In this document: in pieces, positions 1 to 12,252 of the stretch | How positions within the stretch are numbered: the stretch's first letter is position 1 | Layout of the letters: every line of letters starts with the position of its first letter | DNA from: Macrostomum hystrix | Lineage: Eukaryota > Animalia > Platyhelminthes | Length of the DNA stretch: 64,000 nucleotides | NCBI GenBank assembly: GCA_950097015.1 | Contig: CATNEN010000002.1 | Span: 4,836,001 to 4,900,000, forward strand | Direction of reading: 5' to 3' | Made by a program: the position numbers and the translations under genes | The notes under the pieces: model-generated | The model's input: only the letters and a program-made list of their open reading frames with translations | What the model was told of the DNA's origin: nothing | Databases searched by the model: none

Positions 1-215
1 ACTACTGTGTATCAACTAACATTACTGTGTATCAACTAACACTACTGTGTATCAACTAACATTACTGTGTATCAACTAACATTACTGTGTATCAACTAAC
101 ATTACTGTGTATCAACTAACATTACTGTGTATCAACTAACATTACTGTGTATCAACTAACATTACTGTGTATCAACTAACATTACTGTGTATCAACTAAC
201 ATTACTGTGTATCAA
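1..215. repeat. 20-nt tandem repeat (ATTACTGTGTATCAACTAAC)n, truncated by the window edge
   Basis: About 10.5 near-perfect copies seen directly; probably lies in the intron upstream of the cGLR1 exon at 586. Confidence 0.95.
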
Positions 216-585
216 CCTCCAAATTGATAAAAAAAACAGTTTAATCAATCCAAAAGAGTCAACAATGATAGCCGATATGATTAAATGATGAAATTTCGTG
301 AAAATATTTGTTGCCACCAGACACCCGACGAGAATCGTTGAATATCTCGACGATGCCGATGTTTTTTGGTTCTGGAAGTTGTTTCATCGGATAGAGCGGA
401 AAACTTTAACGCGTGTTCTGGATTTTCATGAGGATTGGTTGAATATCTTGGGAGATGCAGAAAAATGAAAAATGTTAATTTGGTATTTTAAATCCCCTAT
501 ATTTCTACAGTTAATATACAGGTAGCGAAGTAATTAAAAAAGTTCCTTCTAAAAATAGCAACCACATTTCACTGCAACCTACCAG

Positions 586-1587
586 CATCGAATCCAGCGC
601 GGCCATCGTACGGCTCTGCTCTGAGGCCGGCCGTGGACCATGTCTCCGCTGGTCGTCTCTGTCGCTACCCGACCATCGCGCTGCTGCAGCCAGATCCAGT
701 CTCGGAATCGCACATTCCTAAAACTTTGCTTCAGGATCTCAAGCGGGATATTTCTCCCAACAGCTCGTCGCCATGTCACGTGGTTCATGCAGCCTCTCCT
801 GGTCGAGGCGGAGATGAGCTTCGTGTCAGCACTAGCTTCCTTGAGAAGCGGATGCTCAGAAGCCTCACCACTCTGCAAGGTCAACTGTTCATTACACTCA
901 AGTACCTGGTCAAGAAGGTGATTTGCCACAAAGACTTCTACAATGTGCAAGGTTTGAAGCCGTATCACGTGAAGACAATCACATTCCGAATGCTGGAGCA
1001 AACACCCGCTGACGAGTGGAAGCCGGACAATCTCGTCAGTCTCGTGAGGCGGTCGCTGGAGATGCTGCTTGGTTGTGTTGAGAGCGGCTGCACATCCGGC
1101 AATACGCATGGGCGGATAATGGAGCACTTTTTCCTGGCTGACGCGGCTCTTTACCTCAAAGGTATCAACCAGAAAGAGTCTGAGAAGATTCTGAGCAATA
1201 TTGCAAGCACATTGAGAAAAGTAATCGATAAGCTGCCTCAGCTGCTGCTCCAGTTTGTGCGCTATCTCAAGCCCTTAAGTGAGTCTGGCAGGTTCTACTT
1301 CCATCCGTTTCAAATCCTGCCAGATATCAGGCCATTGCCCGTGACAATGTCGGGCAGGCTCGAGTATCACGGCATCTACGGTGTAGCAAGGGAGTGCATA
1401 CTGCGACTCTCGCATAAAGACTGCAGCCTGCAATCTCAAGAGAGTCTCACGGAGTTGATCGCGAGACTGCCAGACTGCGCCTTCACGGCAAGAGAGGCTC
1501 TCAGAGCGCTGGCGTGTCTCAAGTTCGGCTACCGAGGGACAGCGGAGAAAATCTTGAGCCAGTGCAGGCGCCACTCAGTGAGCAGAG
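586..1587 (+). CDS. cGAS-like receptor (Mab-21/cGLR nucleotidyltransferase) paralog 1, internal exon; 5' exons lie outside the window
   Basis: Acceptor CCAG at 582-585 gives a phase-1 entry homologous to the paralog acceptor at 30614. Translation has PAVDHV (third catalytic Asp region), LRVSTSFLEKRML, KPYHVKTITFRMLE and MEHFFL, matching the cGAS/Mab-21 motifs WRLSFS.EK, SYH.KT and .NYF. Colinear with 30615-32074. Confidence 0.85.
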
Positions 1588-1591
1588 GTAT

Positions 1592-1973
1592 GGATAGTAA
1601 TAATAATAATAATAATAGTAATAATAATAATTGCAGCAGGGCTGCGGGCAATGGCACAACGCTTGGTGATACTAGACCCGCAGCCAGCGAGGAGGCAATT
1701 TAGCCATTTTCGCTGACTCCTGAGCACACCCGCACACAGATAGTGTACGCAGGAATACGCTCACACAGGTGTGTACATCTGCCCTGACTTTCTAATCGCC
1801 AGGCGGTGTACACTTTCACCGTTCCTTGGAAGTTAGCCCTATTATGGGCGAAAGCCTTGACAAGCCTTCTCGCTGCGACAGCGCCCTAATTTAATGTGAC
1901 CTCGTCGCGGAATCGAGCTCAGGGACGTTGGCGCGAGAGACAAACGCGTTAACCACTCTGCAATTCACCCCCT
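1592..1973 (-). mobile_element. tRNA-derived SINE (family A), antisense, filling intron 1588-1975 of cGLR1
   Basis: Minus strand begins AGGGGGTGAATTGCAGAGTGGTTAACG (A box) ... GAGCTCGATTCC (B box) and ends in a (TTA)n tail. Flanked by TSD AGGTAT at 1586-1591 and 1974-1979. Homologous to 15285-15646 and 22447-22624. Confidence 0.9.
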
Positions 1974-1975
1974 AG

Positions 1976-2421
1976 GTATTGATTGGTCGTTTGATAGATC
2001 GGCGACTGAGGCCACAGTGCAATACGTGTGGCAGCACCTGCAGAGCAGTGACAGCGCGTGGAAGTTCTGCTTTCAGTTCGGGACGCGACCGGAACTCCAA
2101 TTCGTAGCGGGACCCATCGCGAGCTGCTTTCCACTGTCAACACAGACTTACGAGGATCATTTCTACATGAACTTCGACGCACTCATGTGGGCGATGCGTC
2201 TGGAACTGCGAGGCGGCTGCGACCAGCAAAACGCGGAGGCGTGGATTCGAGGTCTGGCCACGAGAGAAGACGCCGACTATCAGGAGCTCCTCGTGGCGAT
2301 TTCCTACTGCTTCGATTTTGACTGCACGAAGGCGCTAATGGAAAAGCTGCACAGCCTCAATGGCAGTGTTCCTGATTGGCTGAAACAGGAGCTCAGAAAG
2401 AGGTGGCCAATCAAAAACTGA
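1976..2421 (+). CDS. cGLR paralog 1, terminal exon (C-terminal extension)
   Basis: Joining 1587 to 1976 restores [35 protein letters not shown], matching paralog [35 protein letters not shown]; stop TGA at 2419-2421. Confidence 0.85.
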
Positions 2422-3534
2422 GCACTCTTTCCAATTAGAAGATGCTATCGGTACAGTCGCTAAAAATGACTCGATTTTTATTCATAATCATTCTTTTTAG
2501 ATTTGATTTAGACAGTTTTACATATTATTTTTATTAAAATGACACAGAAGTAAGTATCCCAGAATGATTTTCGCAATCACACTACTTGCAGTAGAGCGAC
2601 AGATCGAATTTTGGTCAAATTTGACGAACAACTTAATAAATTTGCACCAGCTCATAAATTTAGCTGCTTGTCAATCAAAATTAAAATATTTTTATAGCAC
2701 TTTTTAGCTCGTGTACAATTCTTCTCATATAAAAGTACAATTTAAGAAATAAAGAGTATACTGATGTTTAAAATGTTTCCCCCGGGAGAAATTTCCCAGA
2801 CTACAACAGTGCGCAATTTCAGCATCTTAGCCTAGCAGGTTTGGTAGCAGAACAAAGCTGTGAATCTATGTGGATGCTGGGGCTGCTGTAGTGAATCAGG
2901 TGCCCCACCTGTCCCAGTGTGTTCTAGACTTCGCTGCATTGTTAGAATTTTCTCTCCCTGTCAGTGCAGGCGGTTTGTCTGCTCATTTTGTAGACAAAGC
3001 GCACACACCAGAAGCTTCTAGGAGCTGTTGAGCAGTGACAAGAACGCGTATTTTCTTTCTAGCTGAGAAGACAAAAGAGAGCAAACTCAGCTTCGTTTGC
3101 TTTTTTACTCTGAGTTCTTTTGTGTCTATAATATCAACCGAGCTATCGTAGGGGGATTAGAGTGAGTTCATAAACTTAAGCCGACGGATAATTTAAACAA
3201 ACAGCGAGCGAGTTAAAACTAAGAAAAATTCAAAGTTTGTTGGTTGAGTCCGTCTGTCAGAATGAGCCAGGTGAGACTAGCACTGTCTGATCCCATCAGG
3301 GCATCGGCTGCTCCCAGCGTCAGGGAGCCGAAAACTAACCGAGAGCGGCTGCATGCGCTGCAGTTGGTTGCGCAGCGCTACAGGAAGGTGTTCAACGCCA
3401 GAAGGGTGGCGTACAGGTTCGTTACCAAGATGACAGTGGCAGTTTACATTGCTGATGACAGCGTTGCATACTGCCCCTCACACTCTACTGTCTCTCTCTG
3501 CCTCCCACATTAACAAATCACCTTCAAACTAACC

Positions 3535-4195
3535 TTCTCATTCAACTTCCCACTCACCTTCTTATCTACCTTCCCACTCACCTTCTTATCTACCTACCCA
3601 CTCACCTTTTTATCTACCTACCCATTCACCTTTTTATCTACCTACCCACTCACCTTTTTATCTACCTACCCACTCACCTTTTTATCTACCTTCCCACTCA
3701 CCTTCTTATCTACCTTCCCACTCACTTTCTTATCTACCTTCCCACTCACCTTCTTATCTACCTACCAACTCACTTTCTTATCTACCTTCCCACTCACCTT
3801 CTTATCTACCTTCCCACTCACCTTCTTATCTACCTACCAACTCACTTTCTTATCTACCTTCCCACTCACCTTATTATCTACCTTCCCACTCACCTCCTTA
3901 TCTACCTTCCCACTCACCTTCTTATCTACCTACCAACTCACTTTCTTATCTACCTTCCCACTCACCTTCTTATCTACTTTCCCACTCACCTTCCCACTCA
4001 CCTTCTTATCTACCTACCCACTCACCTTTTTATCTACCTACCCACTCACCTTCTTATCTACCTTCCCACTCACCTTCTTATCTACCTTCCCACTCACCTT
4101 CTTATCTATTTTCCTACTCACCTTCTTATCTACCTTCCCACTCACCTTCTTATCTATTTTCCTACTCACCTTCAAACTCACCTTCACTCACCTAA
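3535..4195. repeat. 24-nt minisatellite (CCCACTCACCTTCTTATCTACCTT)n
   Basis: Direct inspection; the same unit recurs at 5590-5940. Confidence 0.95.
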
Positions 4196-4734
4196 TAAGC
4201 TTTTCCTTTTTTCTCCAGTAGGAGTGCATAAATGAAGCATTTCTCGCACCGCTCACTCTGCAGTCGCTGTTGATCCTGATTCGCGCAGTACACTGTAATG
4301 TCAATCTTCTAATAATGATCAAATCAGGATCAAACTGGCAAACTCTATCCAATAGCAATCTAATTATGGCTCATTGCTGACAAGAGACTTTCGCCTTCCG
4401 CTGCCAAGCCAAATCAGAAATCTTGAGGATTGGAAAAAATTATAAACAAAGGTTCAACTCAGCAACATGATGAAATCGTAAATTTAAATTACAGAGGTTA
4501 ATGATTCCGCTCCCTGAAGAGGTCACCCACTTTTCCCATATTTTATTATCTTCCCTGTCCTGCCCATTCTCCATTTCTTCGTTTATCCCACGTGATCTTC
4601 TTTATTATCTTGTTTATTACACTCTTTCGTGTGTTTATTCAAATACGTAATCAGCATTTTTCATTATATTTTGTATTTATGCTATTAATTATTGCACTTA
4701 TCTCATTCTACGCTCGAATTATGAATTGATCTAA

Positions 4735-4975
4735 TTTCATTATGTACTTATCCCATTCCAATATACATTTATCCCATTCCATAATGTACTTATCCCATTC
4801 CATAATGTACTTATCCCATTCCATAATGTACTTATCCCATTCCATAATGTACTTATCCCATTCCATAATGTACTTATCCCATTCCATAATGTACTTATGC
4901 CATTCCATAATGTACTTATCCCATTCCATAATGTACTTATCCCATTTTATAAAAAATGTACTTATCCCATTCCAT
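4735..4975. repeat. 21-nt minisatellite (ATCCCATTCCATAATGTACTT)n
   Basis: Direct inspection, about 10 copies. Confidence 0.95.
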
Positions 4976-5019
4976 GTTGTACTTCCCTGATCCCACTGCT
5001 CAAATGTTTGATCCCACAG

Positions 5020-5548
5020 GGACTGGCACTCCAACAAGTCCGCCTCCTTCCTGGACGCTCTGAAGCGTCTTCAGTGCATCGCCAACAGCTCGGCGGCGCC
5101 CGCCGTCGCCTCCATCGCTGATTTCCGTGAACTGCGCGCCCAAGCCGTCGATCTTCGGCGCCTTCAACCGCGTCGCGCCGCCGCCGCCGCCGAACTCGAA
5201 CGCGTCGACGAGTTTCTGAATCACTGGCGTGACTACCTGGCCCTGAAGGAGGCCTTCGACCTGGAGCTCGGCCGCCCGCTGGGCCGCCTGCTGGCCGTCA
5301 CTGAAGCCTTCCGCTATCCTGCGATGCGGTCGGACCTGCTGCGGCTGATGTCTCAGCTAGACACGGAATCCGATGAGAGATTCGACACCAGCTGCCTGCA
5401 CAACACCACAGACAATCTGTTCACCTACAGTGTGACAGTCATGGACGAGCGATTCCTGGGACTGATGCAGATCCTGCCGCGGCTGCTGCAGATTGGCTCA
5501 CAAGTGTGCTATTTCACTGAGCAACTAGTTAGCAACGAGATTGAGTAG
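5020..5548 (+). CDS. Terminal coding exon of an unidentified, predicted helical protein (DWHSNKSASFLDALKRLQC...FTEQLVSNEIE*)
   Basis: Acceptor CCCACAG at 5013-5019; frame open from 5021 to TAG at 5546-5548; strong GC3 codon bias like the other exons here. Upstream exons probably lie near 3262-3416 and 4222-4295 but could not be joined confidently. Confidence 0.6.
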
Positions 5549-5589
5549 GCTTGGAGACGGCGCCTTCTTGTGAATCAAGCACCAAGCCA

Positions 5590-5940
5590 TCCACCTTCTC
5601 ACTCACCTTCTTTACTACCTTCCCACTCACCTCCTTATTTACCTTCCCACTCACCTTCTTATCTACCTTACCACTCACCTTCTTATCTACCTACCCACTC
5701 ACCTTCTTATCTACCTTCCCACTCACCTCCTTATCTACCTACCCACTCACCTTCTTATCTACCTTCCCACTCACCTCCTTATCTACCTTCCCACTCACCT
5801 CCTTATCTACCTTCCCACTCACCTCCTTATCTACCTTCCCACTCACCTCCTTATCTACCTTCCCACTCACCTTCTTATCTACCTTCCCACTCACCTTCCT
5901 ACTCACCCTTCCACTCACCTTCTCACTCACCTTCTCACCC
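5590..5940. repeat. 24-nt minisatellite, same family as 3535-4195
   Basis: CCCACTCACCTCCTTATCTACCTT units. Confidence 0.95.
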
Positions 5941-6537
5941 TTCTGGGACAAGATACGTCCTTAAAGAAGATGCTTAATTCTAGAATGGACAAAAATTTTT
6001 GTTATTTCATCTTGTTACTATCTTGTTACTATAGCTTCTATTCTTTATTCTGCTCCCTTATGTCCCTCAAGTATGAGAACTACGTCACTACATAGATACG
6101 TATATATTTTATGTATTTAAGTGCTTCATGTATGCAATAAAGTGGTAAATATATAGTTGCTTACAAAAAATACTTAAAGCTTTTAACTACAGCAGCAGTA
6201 AAGACATAATTCGAGTCCTGTGAGCATGAAATTGTCGACATTATCTGTCGCCAGACTTCTCAGACAAATGGCAGTCAAATCTATATCAGGCAGAGTCCGA
6301 GCAACCGTTTTGAGCATACTGGCAGATTTCCTAATTAAAAAAAATATTTTTTTTCGAGACAACATTGACCGCAGAATATTTGGAATCGTTCGTTAGAATC
6401 TAGTTAAATTATCGTGGTAAAGGAAATTAGTTCTCTTTATTTTATTCTTTATTCTTTGTCCATTTTCAACCTTCACAGGAAACTTTGCATGGCAAGAGTG
6501 CGCGGCGCCCATTTAATCCAGTCGAACATAAACAGCA

Positions 6538-7150
6538 ATAGCACTGCTCATTGGGCTCAAAGACAGCACTGCTCATTGGGCTCAAAGACAGCACTGCTCA
6601 TTGGGCTCAAAGACAGCACTGCTCATTGGGCTCAAAGACAGCACTGCTCATTGGGCTCAAAGACAGCACTGCTCATTGGGCTCAAAGACAGCACTGCTCA
6701 TTGGGCTCAAAGACAGCACTGCTCATTGGGCTCAAAGACAGCACTGCTCATTGGGCTCAAAGACAGCACTGCTCATTGGGCTCAAAGACAGCACTGCTCA
6801 TTGGGCTCAAAGACAGCACTGCTCATTGGGCTCAAAGACAGCACTGCTCATTGGGCTCAAAGACAGCACTGCTCATTGGGCTCAAAGACAGTTCTGCTCA
6901 TAAACAGCACTGCTCATAAACAGCACTGCTCATAGACAGCACTGCTCATAGACAGCACTGCTCATAGACAGCACTGCTCATAGACAGCACTGCTCATAGA
7001 CAGCACTGCTCATTGACAGCACTGCTCATAGACAGCACTGCTCATTGACAGCACTGCTCATAGAGCTCATAGACAGCACTGCTCATAAACAGCACTGCTC
7101 ATTGACAGCACTGCTCATTGACAGCACTGCTCATAGAGCTCATAGACAGC
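6538..7150. repeat. Compound minisatellite: 25-nt (GACAGCACTGCTCATTGGGCTCAAA)n followed by a derived 17-nt (ACAGCACTGCTCATAGA)n
   Basis: Direct inspection; the unit changes near 6900. Confidence 0.95.
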
Positions 7151-8366
7151 AATGACTCAGGGCCTCATGACTCACTAAATCTATTATAATCTCTTTTTAC
7201 AGACCCTGTTTGCAGACAGCGCAGACTAAAATGATATTCAATAACATCAGGTACTCAGCAGTTGTAGATGCTATCTGCTCAGGTAATGAAATGGCGCCCA
7301 AATCCTCAGATAATCCTGAAGTTACGATAAATGGCTGCAGCAGCTCTTTAAAATCCCCTCATAAGGCAGTGAATCTGGTGAGACAAAGCTGCTCACTCCA
7401 CGCTAATCTCAGCTAGCAGCCGAGAGGGAGATAATCCAAATCCCAAATCCAAACTGCTTAGAGACAAAGGTGTCAACTGAGGAGCCAGCAACACTCAATG
7501 CCAAACCATCTCAAGAGACTCAAAGGCAGTTTCCAACAATTTTAAGCTCGCGAAAGAGTTTCATTAGAAATTTAATTATTTTCTGCAACAACTTTTTGTC
7601 ACCCACTTGGCAAGCTTTTAAGTCGACCGACGTTGTCACCGATGTACTTTTACAGTTTCGGAAGTCTCAGGCCTTCAAGCTCGCCGAGCCGCTACAGCAA
7701 AAGGGCCGCATTCAGTTGCACAGCTTCTGAAAGTAGCAAGCGGAAATTATAGAAGCTGTTTAACAATTGCCTTTCAATGCTGGCCCGAAGTCTTTGACGA
7801 ACAGAACACAAAGGAGCAGCTCAGAGATTGCTGGAGAACAAATTCACCGAGTAAAGTACATTTTCACAGAAAATCTAATTTCTGGGGATCTGAAAAAGTG
7901 GGGATTAAACTTAGAACAGTCGGAAGTTTGGAGGATAAAATGAGGATCTGAAGGAAAGTTAAGGATAAAATGGAGAATGTAGGTGATGAAAAAATCGGGA
8001 ACCATAGGAATTAGGGATACAGAAGGGATCTGTGGGAATGGGGATAAAACAGGGAACATACCGAGTATGAGGGATAATATTGTAATGTACAGTAAGATAA
8101 GGAGGCCTTAAGGTTGTATATTAAATTCGGGACATCATTAAAATTAATTTGTAAGAGACTCACGGTTGCTGTAGCTGAAAAGGCCATCAAAGACCTTTGA
8201 GTAGAAGAGGGGAATTTCCTGGTTGAAGAAGACAATCCCGCAAGCTTCTAGTGCTCAAAAAACACGCGCTCCGATATCATATTTGCCTTTGATTCCCTCT
8301 ATGAAGGACCACTGAATCTGGCCTGCCCAGCCAGTCATTAAACTCGATGCACTTTAAATTGTTTAA

Positions 8367-8685
8367 TAATAATAATGGATTAATTATTAATAATTAATTA
8401 CACCTGCCCCAATCAGGCCAGATGTGCAGCCGACAGCACAGCTGCAGCTATTACGCGGCGCATCTGAAGGCTGCTTACAGCTGTTCAGTCCATGGACTGG
8501 GGGGACGCCACACCCACCTTCAGTTATCCCAGCTGATGCTGGTACCCATTTAACAGCTGGGTGAACTGAAGCAAGGCAGAGTTAAGTGTCTTGCTAAAAG
8601 ACACAAATTGTTCCAGTGGAGTCGGGAATCGAACCCCCGACCTTCAAGTCGTGAGTCCGACGCCCTAACCACTAGGCTACAACCT
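8367..8685 (-). mobile_element. tRNA-derived CORE-type SINE
   Basis: Minus strand: tRNA-like head GGTTGTAGCCTAGTGGTTAGGGCGTCGGACTCACGACTTGAAGGTCGGGGGTTCGATTCCCGACTCCA, then TTGTGTCTTTTAGCAAGACACTTAACTCTG...CAGTTCACCCAGCTGTTAAATGGG resembling the MIR/CORE consensus, then an AT/(TTA) tail. TSD ATTGTTTAA at 8358-8366 and 8686-8694. Confidence 0.8.
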
Positions 8686-9029
8686 ATTGTTTAAACTGCA
8701 TTTGAAATCCGGCTATAGTGGAAATGAAACTGTTTTTTTCAGCTAGTCTTGTGCTAGAAGTTTGGCCTAATTATTGATTCAAATTTCTCCCAGTAATCCT
8801 GTGGCGGCGGACTCTAGGACGGTAACAATCGGTCTATTATTTAAAAATTGGATGGCTATGAAAAATGTTGAAAATTTATAGGAACATACAGAATCAGAGG
8901 ACGAAATCAATTTAGACATGCTGCTTGTAGGGAAAATGCTTTGAATGCGTTGAATAGTCAGCGAAAGACGGATTTGTTTTTAAGATAAGCAGAAGAAAGT
9001 AACTGAGACGGAGGAGTGAGTCAGAGTAA

Positions 9030-10697
9030 TACAGAGAGTGGCATTGGAATATAGAGAGTGACATTGGAATATGGAGAGTGACATTGGAATATGGAGAGTG
9101 ACATTGCAATATGGAGAGTGACATTGGAATATGGAGAGTGACATTGCAATATGGAGAGTGACATTGGAATATGGAGAGTGACATTGCAATATGGAGAGTG
9201 ACATTGCAATATGGAGAGTGACATTGGAATTCAGAGAGTGAAATCGGAATTCAGAGAGTGACATTGGAATTAAGAGAGTGACATCGGAATTCAGAGAGTG
9301 ACATTCGAATACAGAGAGTGACATGGCAATACAGAGAGTGACATTGAAATTCAGAGAGTGACATTGGAATTCAGAGAGTGACATCGGAATTCAGAGAGTG
9401 ACATGGGAATTCAGAGAGTGACACTAGAATGTAAAGAGTGACATTCGAATACAGAGAGTGACATGGCAATACAGAGAGTGACATTGGAATTCAGAGAGTG
9501 ACATCGAAATTCAGAGAGTGACATTGGAATTCAGAGAGTGAAATCGGAATTCATAGAGTGACATGGTAATTCAGAGAGTGACATGGGAATTCAGAGAGTG
9601 ACACTAGAATGAAAAGAGTGACATTCGAATACAGAGAGTGACATGGCAATACAGAGAGTGACATTGGAATTCAGAGAGTGACATCTGAATTCAGAGAGTG
9701 ACATTGGAATTCAGAGAGTGAAATCGGAATTCATAGAGTGACATGGTAATTCAGAGAGTGACATGGGAATTCAGAGAGTGACACTAGAATGAAAAGAGTG
9801 ACATGACAATTCAGAGAGTTACATTGGAATTCAGAGAGTGACATGGGAATTCAGAGAGTGACATGGGAATTCAGAGAGTGACACTAGAATGAAAAGAGTG
9901 ACATGACAATTCAGAGAGTTACATTGGAATTCAGAGAGTGACATTGGAATTCTGAGAGTGACATTGGAATTCAGAGAGTGACATTGGAATTCATAGAGTG
10001 ACATGGTAATTCAGAGAGTGACATTGGAATTCAGAGAGGGACATTGGAATTCAGAGAGTGACATTGGAATTCAGAGAGTGACATTGGAATTCAGAGAGTG
10101 ACATGGGAATTCAGAGAGCGACATTGGAATTCAGAGAGTGACATTGGAATTCAGAGAGCGACATTGGAATTCAGAGAGTGACATTGGAATTCAGAGAGTG
10201 ACATTGGAATTCAGAGAGTGAAATCGGAATTCATAGAGTGACATGGTAATTCAGAGAGTGACATGGGAATTCAGAGAGTGACACTAGAATGAAAAGAGTG
10301 ACATGACAATTCAGAGAGTTACATTGGAATTCAGAGAGTGACATGGGAATTCAGAGAGTGACATGGGAATTCAGAGAGTGACACTAGAATGAAAACAGTG
10401 ACATGACAATTCAGAGAGTTACATTGGAATTCAGAGAGTGACATTGGAATTCTGAGAGTGACATTGGAATTCAGAGAGTGACATTGGAATTCAGAGAGCG
10501 ACATTGGAATTCAGAGAGCGACATTGGAATTCAGAGAGTGACATGGGGATTCAGAGAGCGACATTGGAATTCAGAGAGTGACATTGGAATTCAGAGAGCG
10601 ACATTGGAATTCAGAGAGCGACATTGGAATTCAGAGAGTGACATTGGAATTCAGAGAGTGACATTGGAATTCAGAGAGTGACATTGGAATACAGAGA
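9030..10697. repeat. 20-nt minisatellite (GAGAGTGACATTGGAATTCA)n, ~83 copies with higher-order blocks
   Basis: Direct inspection; variant blocks (ACACTAGAATGAAAAG, ACATGACAATTC) recur periodically. Confidence 0.95.
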
Positions 10698-11099
10698 GAA
10701 GGATCGCGCAGGAGAGTTAGAGTCAGGGAACGCAGATCATGACAATATGCTTTCCTCAGCACTCGCAAGCCAGAGCGTGTGTTAGTTAATGCAAAATATT
10801 TACCGACCTCAAGTGCCAGCGAATTTCTGCTTGGCTCGGGTTAGGTAGGTAGTTAGGGTTGTGCCTTAGCCAGGTGAGAAAGGAGAGTGAGATTTGAGCA
10901 TGACGGATTCATTGCTACCCCCAATAGTGATGGATGACAAAACTGCCTGACCGAGTGCTGGCTGGGGTTTGTTTTTGTTAAACTGGAAAACCCGGCTACT
11001 AACTGATTGCCTCAGTTCAGGGCTCGCTGAATAAATTTAATATTATTATATTTCTGAGCAACTGTTTTATATAAACAAAGCAATGTTTGTCGAGTCAAG

Positions 11100-11660
11100 A
11101 GGCACTGAAGTCGAGAAGTCCCTGAAGCTCAGTAACTGAAGTCGAGTCCTTAAACCTCAAATCAGGAACTCGAATGATTTCAAGCTAAAAAGGAGTGATT
11201 TCTCTGAAGATAAAATATAGAACTGAAGTATAAACCCTGAAGCTCAAATGAGGAACTGAAGTTGATTCCATGAAGCTCAGGAACTGAAGTCTATCCCCTG
11301 AAGCTAAAATAAGCAACTGAAATGGATTCCCTGAAGCTCAATTGAAGAAGTGAAGTCAATTCCCTGAATCTGAAATGACTCACTGAAGTTGATTTCCTGA
11401 AGCTCAACTGAGAAACTGAAGTTGATTCCCTGAAGCTCAACTGAGGAACTGAAGTTGACTCCCTGAAGCTCAAATGAGGAACTGAAGTTGACTCCCTGAA
11501 GCTCAACTGAGGAACTGAAGTTGACTCTCTGAAGCTCAAATGAGGAACTGAAGTTGACTCCCTGAAGCTCAAATGAGGAACTGAAGTTGACTCCCTGAAG
11601 CTCAACTGAGGAACTGAAGTCTGGAACTCTTAATTTTTTTACTGAAGTCGCCTTCCTGAA
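11100..11660. repeat. 33-nt minisatellite (GAACTGAAGTTGACTCCCTGAAGCTCAAATGAG)n
   Basis: Direct inspection; degenerate edges. Confidence 0.9.
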
Positions 11661-12028
11661 GCTGAAAATTGGGACCCAAGTTTCACATTTTGCAGTCAAA
11701 AAGTCAAACCGCAACATATAATGCTCAAACTGGAGGAAAACAGGGCGTGCCTAATACCGAGTGGAGAGGAGAGACGTCTGTTGACTTTGGGCGCGGCCGC
11801 TTCAGGAATAAAATAAATAAGAAAGAATATATACTTTTTTTCGCCCCTACTTTAAATTTGACAGCTCAGCGCGGCGGCAAAGGTGAGTGAGCTGCTCGAG
11901 CAAACAAACCCGCGGCTTTCCATCCGTCTCTGCGCTTTTCTGAAATCTGAAGTCGCCCCTGCAGGCCAGCCGTGAACCATTTCAACGCAATAAAAGTGGG
12001 ATTTGAACTGAATTTAAGAATTTAAGGT

Positions 12029-12252
12029 GTAGTGGGTAGTGGGTAGTGGGTAGTTGGTAGTGGGTAGCGGTTAGTGGGTAGTGGGTAGTGGGTAGTGGGT
12101 AGTGGGTGGTGGGTAGTGGGTAGTGGGTAGTGGGTAGTGGGTAGTGGGTGGTGGGTAGTGGGTAGTGGGTGGTGGGTAGTGGGTAGTGGGTAGTGGGTAG
12201 TGGGTAGTGGGTAGTGGGTGGTGGGTAGTGGGTGGTGGTTAGTGGGTAGGGG
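12029..12252. repeat. (GGGTAGT)n 7-nt G-rich microsatellite
   Basis: About 30 copies with GGGTGGT variants. Confidence 0.95.

Noticed and set aside
633-1703. 356-aa ORF ending in a poly-Asn tail (MDSNNNNNNSNNNN...)
   Set aside because: The Asn run is the antisense (TTA)n tail of the inserted SINE; the true frame continues at 1976 by paralog alignment
5551-6935. FPLTFLST, LPSHSPPY and STAHWAQRQHC repeat ORFs
   Set aside because: Products of the 24-nt and 25-nt minisatellites
8615-8684. Apparent tRNA gene (CAC anticodon-like)
   Set aside because: Runs directly into a CORE-like body, has a tail and TSD, and its stems are imperfect: a SINE head, not a tRNA gene
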